This document shows positions 1 to 6,380 of a stretch of DNA of 50,017 nt, in pieces. Below the pieces are notes generated by a model. The model had not been told where the DNA came from, made no database searches, and saw only the letters and a program-made list of their open reading frames with translations. A program made the translations under genes and the position numbers. Within the stretch, counting starts at the first letter, position 1. Every line of letters begins with the position of its first letter. The DNA comes from Christensenellaceae bacterium (lineage in GTDB: Bacteria; Bacillota; Clostridia; Christensenellales; Borkfalkiaceae). The stretch is taken from NCBI GenBank assembly GCA_045643385.1, contig JAZUKR010000170.1:1-50017 (forward strand), given 5' to 3'.

Positions 1-16
1 AATTTTTTTATATTGG

Positions 17-104
17 GTATTTATATATATTATATATTAAGCCTTTTTATATTTTTTGAAAAAAATTAAATGTATTTATATTATATATGCCTTTTTATAT
101 TTTA
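17..104. repeat. Direct repeat family GTATTTATAT-N-(C)CCTTTTT(A/G)TATTT; third copy at 49991-50017
   Basis: Units start at 49991, 17 and 72. Each begins GTATTTATAT and ends in a C-rich core plus TTTTT(A/G)TATTT. Confidence 0.7.
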
Positions 105-338
105 AAAACTTGAAGGGTTAACTAACGCCAAAAAAAATAAATCCAGATACCCCCCAGACCCACGGTATGCAAGTATTATTTTTTTGTGCATTTTTACGGC
201 TATTTGGCGCGGATCACCTTGTTATAATATCAACTATTCGTATAATACGCATTATTGGAATAGATGAACATATAAATCGAATACATAAAACACCGATAAA
301 ACCGCATAAATACGGCATTTCTTGCCGATTGTGCAATA

Positions 339-950
339 TTACAACGAATTGTTAACGGTGTTTTGTCCGTCTGTAATGGACAAGTTGTTTCTAATATCCG
401 CAAGCGTTTTTGTTGTCGATTGTATTTCCTGTGATTTGATTGTTCCGGAAACATTGTGTTTTACGTTTCCATACACAATATTTGCAACGGCTTGTTTACT
501 ATCGTTCATTTTGTCCATAAATCTATTTAAGTCGTTTTCCTTAAGTATTTTTAGAGCGTTACAACGAAAAGCATTAAGCGCGGTGTCGTTTTCGTTTTCA
601 ATATGTAAATAGTTATTACCTAGACCGGCGAAACGATAATAATTATCTATTAACAATGGTCTATCATATTCAATACATAAATATATATATAATAATAATA
701 CTTGTTTTAATTTATCTATATCATATTTATTATTTACATTTCCATTATCTAATTTAAGTACATTTAAAGGCTTAAAAAGTCCGTTGCCAACGTCAGCTAA
801 AATGTTATTAAATACGCCGGATTTGCAATCGTTTAAGCCGTCTAAACCATTTAAACCGTGATTATAACAAGCGGTTTCTATGTGTTTTAATATGTCGTTT
901 GTTGTGATCTTATCTTGTTTATTATTGTAATATATTTCGATATATTCCAT
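339..950 (-). CDS. Hypothetical protein, 203 aa
   Basis: 612-nt ORF with ATG start and no motif I recognise. Co-directional with the RHH gene upstream and, across the window junction, with the tRNAs and late operon. Confidence 0.6.
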   Translation of the reverse strand: MEYIEIYYNNKQDKITTNDILKHIETACYNHGLNGLDGLNDCKSGVFNNILADVGNGLFKPLNVLKLDNGNVNNKYDIDKLKQVLLLYIYLCIEYDRPLLIDNYYRFAGLGNNYLHIENENDTALNAFRCNALKILKENDLNRFMDKMNDSKQAVANIVYGNVKHNVSGTIKSQEIQSTTKTLADIRNNLSITDGQNTVNNSL

Positions 951-1052
951 ATGTTTATAAATCCTATAACTATATATTAAATATATGTTTGCTTTCTACT
1001 TATTAATATATATATGCGTTTATATACTATTAATATATGTATGCTTTATATA

Positions 1053-1241
1053 TTATTGTTGTAAATCGTTCTCAATTAATTCAAGGATATAACTATTTAA
1101 AGATTTATTTCCTATTTTATTTTTTATCTGTTCTTTTGTTCCTTTTGGCAATGATAATGTTATATGGTCTTTTGTTTGGTTATAGCGTTCTATTGCTTTT
1201 CTTGTGTATTCTGGAACGGTGTTTTTCTTTTTATCTTCCAT
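1053..1241 (-). CDS. Ribbon-helix-helix (Arc/CopG/MetJ-like) DNA-binding protein, 62 aa
   Basis: The segment HITLSLPKGTKEQIKNKIGNKSLNSYILELIENDL fits the strand-helix-helix layout of RHH repressors. The gene faces an iteron-bearing divergent intergenic region. Confidence 0.5.
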   Translation of the reverse strand: MEDKKKNTVPEYTRKAIERYNQTKDHITLSLPKGTKEQIKNKIGNKSLNSYILELIENDLQQ

Positions 1242-1350
1242 ATTATCAATATATATCCTTTTTATATGTTTGTTTTATATCCTATTAATATATATAACTA
1301 ATATTTTTTTACTTGTAAACAATCCATATATAAATAAAAATAAGAACAAA

Positions 1351-1476
1351 TAACACTAATATATAATATTAATATACATATTGCACAATAAACGTATATA
1401 TAACACTAATATATATTGTTTATATTGTAGAAAAGCGATTTTATGTATTGACTAATATATAACACTAATATATATT
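1351..1476. repeat. Three direct iterons TAACACTAATATATA
   Basis: Copies at 1351-1365, 1401-1415 and 1460-1474. Copies 2 and 3 share the 22-mer ATATATAACACTAATATATATT. Confidence 0.85.
1448..1476 (+). promoter_or_regulatory. Sigma-70-type promoter candidate for the plus-strand left-arm operon
   Basis: TTGACT (1448-1453), 17-nt spacer, TATATT (1471-1476). The spacer and -10 overlap iteron copy 3. Confidence 0.45.
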
Positions 1477-1495
1477 AAGACTATGCAAGGGAACG

Positions 1496-1523
1496 AAAAA
1501 AAGACCGGTGCGAACGGTCTTTT
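1496..1523 (-). terminator. Intrinsic terminator, strong on the minus strand and possibly bidirectional
   Basis: Hairpin AAGACCG-gtgcgaa-CGGTCTT (1501-1521). It is followed by T7 on the minus strand and TTT on the plus strand. Confidence 0.55.
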
Positions 1524-1563
1524 AATCTAAAACTTGCAAATATTAGAAAGGCGGAACAAGTCA

Positions 1564-1644
1564 ATGTTAATTATTAGACTTGTGTTCGAAATTTTAATTG
1601 CCGTTTTGATTATTCTTGAAATAATCGACGAATTAAAAAAGTAG
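1564..1644 (+). CDS. 26-aa hydrophobic peptide MLIIRLVFEILIAVLIILEIIDELKK (toxin-like or leader peptide)
   Basis: AGAAAGG SD lies 12 nt upstream, the same spacing as neighbouring left-arm genes. ATG to TAG. The ORF is flanked by the complementary 9-mers AAAGGCGGA (1547-1555) and TCCGCCTTT (1681-1689). Confidence 0.35.
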   Translation: MLIIRLVFEILIAVLIILEIIDELKK

Positions 1645-1653
1645 AACAAAACA

Positions 1654-1680
1654 TAGAACGCTAGCAACACCGGCGTTCTA
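1654..1680. terminator. Hairpin TAGAACGC-N11-GCGTTCTA, terminator or attenuator candidate
   Basis: 8-bp perfect stem. T-rich sequence follows on both strands: CCTTTT on plus, TGTTTTGTTCTACTTTTTT on minus. Confidence 0.4.
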
Positions 1681-1741
1681 TCCGCCTTTTAAATTTACCA
1701 CATAACAAAAAACTTGTAAACAAGAAAGGAAAACAAAAACA

Positions 1742-2629
1742 ATGAAAAATTTAATTGCAAAAGAACTTTTAAAGGAATGCCCGAAAGCACTTGAAACCAC
1801 GCACAATTTATATGGAATTGATTTTAAAAAGCCTTTTAAAATCGTTAGGATTGACGGTGCTTTTACTATTAACAAGGCTATAACCGCTATTGACACAAAT
1901 GATTTTGTCATTCTTACATTGCCAAATAGAATGTTTATAAAAAATTGGTGTTTTTGCACTATCGAAAGCGGAAAACTTAACATTGACTATTCAATTAGTA
2001 GTGCCGGCAATATTGATAATTTTTATAAAAAAGGACAGTTTGACGAATACCGCAAGATTGCAAGAACTACTTATTTAATCGCACAAGACTTATGTTATAG
2101 AACTGTTTTAAATATTCAATTTAATTGTAACCATACACCAATGAACCATAAAAATGTTTCCGCTATTGATTTTAGCGACCGCGTCAAAAAGGTTGACCGT
2201 TGGTATGGAATGCAAAACGGTTATAAGTATTTTATCGGTAATAAGCGTTGTTTAGAACTTGACAAGTCCGGTTATCGTGTCGACGAAAAGCGCGACGAAT
2301 TAAACGCAAAAGCGCGTAGGTTAAAAGCGGAACGCGAAAAGGCAAAAGCCGACAATTTAAACATTGATAGCGAAATTACAACAATAAAAACCGAAATAGA
2401 AAACTTGCGTTTGACATTTTCCGAAATGCTTTCCGGTATTACGTTGAATTATGGCGGTTTTGAAAATATCGAAATTTTAGCACGCTATTTTAAATGGGTA
2501 GTTTTTGACTTTGAACTTTTAAATAATAGATATGCTAAAAAAGAATTTAGTACACCGGCGGGAATACTTAAAAGCCTTAACGCATTAAATGGCAAAATTG
2601 ACGAAATAAAAGTATTATTAGCGAACTAA
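1742..2629 (+). CDS. Hypothetical protein, 295 aa, with coiled-coil C-terminal half
   Basis: GAAAGG SD 12 nt upstream of ATG. Charged heptad-like stretch (DEKRDELNAKARRLKAEREKAKADN). No catalytic motif recognised. Confidence 0.75.
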   Translation: MKNLIAKELLKECPKALETTHNLYGIDFKKPFKIVRIDGAFTINKAITAIDTNDFVILTLPNRMFIKNWCFCTIESGKLNIDYSISSAGNIDNFYKKGQFDEYRKIARTTYLIAQDLCYRTVLNIQFNCNHTPMNHKNVSAIDFSDRVKKVDRWYGMQNGYKYFIGNKRCLELDKSGYRVDEKRDELNAKARRLKAEREKAKADNLNIDSEITTIKTEIENLRLTFSEMLSGITLNYGGFENIEILARYFKWVVFDFELLNNRYAKKEFSTPAGILKSLNALNGKIDEIKVLLAN

Positions 2630-2691
2630 ACCACAACATTAAAAACGGGCGGTTAACCATACCGCCCACAACGAAAGGACAAATAAAAACT

Positions 2692-2892
2692 ATGATAACA
2701 AGATATGCAACAAAAACAGATATAAACGGCAATAAATACCAATTAGAAATAGACCATTTAAACAAGACCGTAAAAAAAGGATATTGTCTTTTTTGTTTTA
2801 AAGACTATATAAAAGTTAATTCTAAAAAGGCAATACATAATTTATACGATGAATTTTTAAAAGCCGGATATAAGGCTTTTAACGACTTTTAA
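2692..2892 (+). CDS. Hypothetical protein, 66 aa
   Basis: GAAAGG SD 13 nt upstream. The stop codon is followed immediately by ACCACAACAAAAA. Confidence 0.65.
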   Translation: MITRYATKTDINGNKYQLEIDHLNKTVKKGYCLFCFKDYIKVNSKKAIHNLYDEFLKAGYKAFNDF

Positions 2893-2929
2893 ACCACAAC
2901 AAAAAACTAGAAAGGAAACCACAACAAAA

Positions 2930-3058
2930 ATGCTAACATTAACCGAAACATTAACTATTATTTTGTGTTGTGCGGGCTGTACTTATATGGGGTATATCTC
3001 CGCATTAATTAAATACAACGTAGGCGATTTTAGAAAGGACGAAAACGAAAATGATTAA
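2930..3058 (+). CDS. Small membrane peptide, 42 aa (below the ORF-track cutoff)
   Basis: AGAAAGG SD. Sequence MLTLTETLTIILCCAGCTYMGYISALIKYNVGDFRKDENEND. The stop overlaps the next gene's ATG at 3051. Confidence 0.4.
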   Translation: MLTLTETLTIILCCAGCTYMGYISALIKYNVGDFRKDENEND

Positions 3059-3308
3059 AGAAATATATTTAGACAATATTCAAGAAACCGCAAAAGCACT
3101 ATATCAATTGTCTATTGATATGGATTATAGCGACTATTCCGAAACATTAACCGAAACATTAACCGATATAGAAAACGCGCTTTATTATTTAAAAGCAATT
3201 TGTCAAAACGAATATAACAACGACTATTTTCGAACTTTTGCGCGTTGTCTAGATTTAATAACCGAAACCACAACAATAAACGACAATATTTTTGAAGGGG
3301 ATTTATAA
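3051..3308 (+). CDS. Strongly acidic small protein, 85 aa (17 D/E versus 5 K/R)
   Basis: GAAAGG SD 12 nt upstream. Net charge about -12. No motif recognised. Confidence 0.7.
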   Translation: MIKEIYLDNIQETAKALYQLSIDMDYSDYSETLTETLTDIENALYYLKAICQNEYNNDYFRTFARCLDLITETTTINDNIFEGDL

Positions 3309-3310
3309 CA

Positions 3311-3574
3311 ATGAATAATTACATTTTTACAGATAGTAACGGAAACAAGTATAAAAGAATAACAAAAGCACAAGCAAAAAAGGCTTTTTACAATGATAAA
3401 AAAATGGTAATTTGTGCGTGCAATTTAAATCCATTTTTGCCATATGGAACAGGCGCAACGTTTGTAAAAACACCAAAAACAAACGATTTCAAGCGTTTTG
3501 TAAATAGTTTTGAATATTACAATTGTATTAACACCGAAACAGGGCGTTATTCCGCGTTTTATATCGCAATTTAG
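3311..3574 (+). CDS. Hypothetical protein, 87 aa
   Basis: Starts 3 nt after the previous stop; operon context. Confidence 0.7.
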   Translation: MNNYIFTDSNGNKYKRITKAQAKKAFYNDKKMVICACNLNPFLPYGTGATFVKTPKTNDFKRFVNSFEYYNCINTETGRYSAFYIAI

Positions 3575-3641
3575 AATTCTGGATTTTAAATTTTTATAAA
3601 TTACTATATAATATTATTACTTTTTTAAGGACGGTGAAAAA

Positions 3642-3839
3642 ATGAAATTAAATAAATTTGAACAAAACGTAGTTAATGCAATTATGGAAGAAGTAAAGCC
3701 GGACGCGTCCGGCGCGGACGTTATTCCTTTTGTTAGGTTTGCAAAAGCGATTAAACCCGACAGAATAAACGATGAACATATGGTAGAAATAGTTAGTCAA
3801 GTAGTTATTAAAAAAAGCACTTTTAATCCTTTAGATTAA
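3642..3839 (+). CDS. Hypothetical protein, 65 aa
   Basis: AAGGA SD. Last gene of the plus-strand operon, followed by a terminator. Confidence 0.65.
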   Translation: MKLNKFEQNVVNAIMEEVKPDASGADVIPFVRFAKAIKPDRINDEHMVEIVSQVVIKKSTFNPLD

Positions 3840-3881
3840 TTTTAGGATTGCAAGCTAATTGACATTAAATAAAAAAATGGT

Positions 3882-3915
3882 GGGCGGTTTGAAATATAAC
3901 CGCCTTAAAAAGTAT
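3882..3915 (+). terminator. Intrinsic terminator of the left-arm plus-strand operon
   Basis: GGGCGGTT-tgaaatat-AACCGCC hairpin (3882-3904), then TTAAAAAGTATTTT. Confidence 0.6.
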
Positions 3916-4018
3916 TTTATAAGATACACAAAACCGGCTTTTTATTTGCGTGTTTTGTAAAGTGCTTTTTGCACTTAATAGCACATTGATAATATAATAT
4001 AGTGCTTTTATCCGTGTA

Positions 4019-4625
4019 CCGGTTTAAATGGCTTTAAATGGCTTTTTACGGCGGTTTTATTTGTGTACCATAAAATTATAATATACGGCGGTTTGTGCCT
4101 TGTATGCGATTATTTAAGCGGTTAAGGCTATAACGCTACGATAAGCGGATTTTAAACGCATATAGAACACATTAAGCAATTGAACAATAAAAATTGCCGT
4201 GTATGCTCATAAGATCACGAAAGGCGAACAATACCACATAAAAAGATATTTTAAACGCATACAGGACACAAAAAAACAGAATATAAGAAAAAATACCGGC
4301 GGAATAATATCCGTATTTAATCGCCTTTTAAAAGGTTTTAAATCGGTTTATATGGTTTTATGCGTTAATGCGGTTTAAGTGCGTTTACAAGGCTATTAAG
4401 GCGGTTATAACGCAAGGTTTATTATATTGATACTATCGCGCCATAAATAACCGGACACCGGCAACACGAATATAAATCCGGTTAATAATTAGGTCAAATA
4501 TGCGCATAGGCTTTTAAAGTCGTTTATAGCCGTTTTAAGGCGGTTATATTGTTTTATGGCTATTTTACCACATTGCTATAACAAGCGGTTAAACAAGGCT
4601 ATAAAGGCGGTTAAAACGGCATATT
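4019..4625. repeat. Non-coding array of about 10-bp-phased GGYTTWWA units and AAGGCGGTTA / AAGGCTAT words
   Basis: Tandem GGTTTAAATG GCTTTAAATG GCTTTTTACG GCGGTTTTAT at 4021-4060. AAG(G)CGGTTA at 4116, 4398, 4537, 4583 and 4604. AAGGCTAT at 4124, 4389 and 4595. TTTTAAACGCATA-AG-ACACA at 4149 and 4248. No credible ORF. Confidence 0.75.
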
Positions 4626-4860
4626 AAAACACATTATCCGAATAGCCTAAAATCAATTGATAAATACCGGTTTTATAAAGTCCATTAAAACGGACATAAT
4701 TATTTTATTGGTATACATAGCGCGAACAATGGCATATATCCGGCGATTGTATACAATCCAAAAACAAGCGAAAAATCAACGAAAAAGCGACAAAAACGTC
4801 ACCGTCAGAAAAAAATTGCAAGTTATCTGCACTTTATTTCGAAATTGGCAAAAATAGATT

Positions 4861-4890
4861 CCCCATATTCCCATACAGAAGGGTGGGGGG
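4861..4890 (-). terminator. Terminator-like bulged hairpin after the cargo operon
   Basis: CCCCA/TGGGG plus CCC/GGG stems, followed on the minus strand by AATCTATTTTT. Only a modest structure. Confidence 0.3.
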
Positions 4891-4906
4891 TATCAAAAAA
4901 TGAGCA

Positions 4907-5293
4907 TTAAAAATTTGAAATGGATTTTCCGGAATGGTTTTCCTTGGATATTGCGTGGGCGGTACGTACAATTTCAGTACCGAACTTGGCGATAAATTCA
5001 CACAACTGTTCTTCTTGCCGTATCGAAAGGTTGAGCATCTTTGTTTCGTGCATATATGCGTGAGTAAGTTCGTGCATCAGAACGTGAGAAAGCAAAGCAC
5101 CTTTAAGTGCATCTGCAAGGAAGATTGTTTTCAAAGCACAATCCGTAACACCCAAGGTCATACTTCCGTCACTTCGACGCAAGACTTCGGCATTATTTTT
5201 CACAAATTTAACTAACCAAATAGAATTTTGTATTACTACTCTCATATCTTCAAAACAAAAGGGCATAACCGCAAAAGTTACACCCTTTTTCAA
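4907..5293 (-). CDS. HExxH zinc metallopeptidase, 128 aa (ImmA/IrrE-like or SprT-like)
   Basis: Motif LGVTD...IFL...LLSHVLMHELTHAYMH. The start is uncertain: TTG at 5293 or ATG at 5266. Confidence 0.55.
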   Translation of the reverse strand: MKKGVTFAVMPFCFEDMRVVIQNSIWLVKFVKNNAEVLRRSDGSMTLGVTDCALKTIFLADALKGALLSHVLMHELTHAYMHETKMLNLSIRQEEQLCEFIAKFGTEIVRTAHAISKENHSGKSISNF

Positions 5294-5295
5294 AA

Positions 5296-5895
5296 CTAAA
5301 TTCTCTGCATAATCACTTGAATACGATTCTTGAGCATATTTCGCTCGTTGTCATTGAGCATATCGGTCAATTCGTCAAAATCTTCACTCAAAGCATCTGC
5401 ATAATGTTCCAAATGTTCAATCTGCGTTGCTACGTCGCCACTTTTCATACTCTCAACTAACTTTTTGCGGTGCATTGCGGATTTTCCCATTTTTTCGTCC
5501 ATTTTGCCCATTTCCATAGAATCGGTCGCAGGTGTGAAATACATTCTGCCACGGCTTGCATAGTCCATATCACGATATTGCTCTGGTGTTAAAGCACCAC
5601 CGTCAAATTTAAAATCGTTTTCAGAATAGGGGGTGGGTGCATTTTCGTAATATCTCATTCTACGTCTTGTAGGTGTATAATGCTTTCTTCCACGCTCGTC
5701 ATAATCTCTGCCGTAAACATTTTCCGGTTCAAGCATTGCTTCTGTGATTGTGCAATGATACCACGCTTCTGAAAGATCTTTGAGCATATCAATTGCCATA
5801 CCCATTTCGGTAACGTCAATATGTTCTACCCCTTTATCAAATTCAGATTTAATTTTCTTTTCCAAACATTCTTTTATTTCTTTTAATTCGTTCAT
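5296..5895 (-). CDS. Hypothetical protein, 199 aa; helical ends with an R/Y/P-rich centre
   Basis: ATG start 1 nt after the upstream stop. Repeated GR..Y.TP-like motif in the middle. Confidence 0.75.
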   Translation of the reverse strand: MNELKEIKECLEKKIKSEFDKGVEHIDVTEMGMAIDMLKDLSEAWYHCTITEAMLEPENVYGRDYDERGRKHYTPTRRRMRYYENAPTPYSENDFKFDGGALTPEQYRDMDYASRGRMYFTPATDSMEMGKMDEKMGKSAMHRKKLVESMKSGDVATQIEHLEHYADALSEDFDELTDMLNDNERNMLKNRIQVIMQRI

Positions 5896-5896
5896 A

Positions 5897-6295
5897 CTAT
5901 CTCACTTTCTCAACTGTAAATACCGCATTGCTAATTGTGGCATTTTGTGTTGTTCTAATTGAAATATTAGCAAGACTACTATTTATTGTTGGGTCAACTT
6001 TAATAGTATCTTTTACTTCCAATGCGTACAAACCTGTTGTCGGTGTTACGTCTGCGCTTTCGGTTGTTTCTGCGATTATCTGTCCGTTTGCATAAAATGC
6101 AATGCTAATGGGTGTTGCACCAACATTTGCTACATTTAAAATTGCATTGACGTTATAATAACCACCGTTATTAAACTCAAGAACGTTTTCGTTTGCGTTA
6201 TATCTTGTGTTGTTATTTGTATTCCATACGGTTGTAAATGGAATATTTGTATTTGCCGTCACCGCCGTTGCGGTTGTTATATTGCCTTTATACAT
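5897..6295 (-). CDS. BclA C-terminal-domain-like (C1q/TNF-like jelly roll) protein, 132 aa
   Basis: AAGAAAGGA SD 6 nt before the ATG at 6295. The landmarks IPFTTV, GGYYNVNAILN, ISIAFYANGQII and NAVFTVEKV parallel those of the B. anthracis BclA C-terminal domain. No collagen repeats. Confidence 0.5.
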   Translation of the reverse strand: MYKGNITTATAVTANTNIPFTTVWNTNNNTRYNANENVLEFNNGGYYNVNAILNVANVGATPISIAFYANGQIIAETTESADVTPTTGLYALEVKDTIKVDPTINSSLANISIRTTQNATISNAVFTVEKVR

Positions 6296-6380
6296 ATCGT
6301 GTCCTTTCTTTGAAAACAAAAGGGGCAATCCGTAGACTACCCCTTTTAATTAAGTTAAGCCTTGCGCCCCAAACTTTACA

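Noticed and set aside
1678-1983. 101-aa minus-strand ORF
   Set aside because: It is antisense to the 5' end of the 295-aa plus-strand gene and its SD. Its hydrophobic, low-complexity product has no SD.
4657-4857. 66-aa plus-strand ORF in the non-coding left-arm gap
   Set aside because: It has a non-ATG start and no SD. Its basic, low-complexity product runs into the convergent cargo-operon terminator.
3906-4860. Possibility that the repeat-rich gap, or the 1351-1476 iterons, is a CRISPR array
   Set aside because: The repeat units are only about 10-22 bp, degenerate, and mostly contiguous or irregularly spaced. There is no set of identical 24-37 bp repeats separated by unique spacers, and no cas genes.
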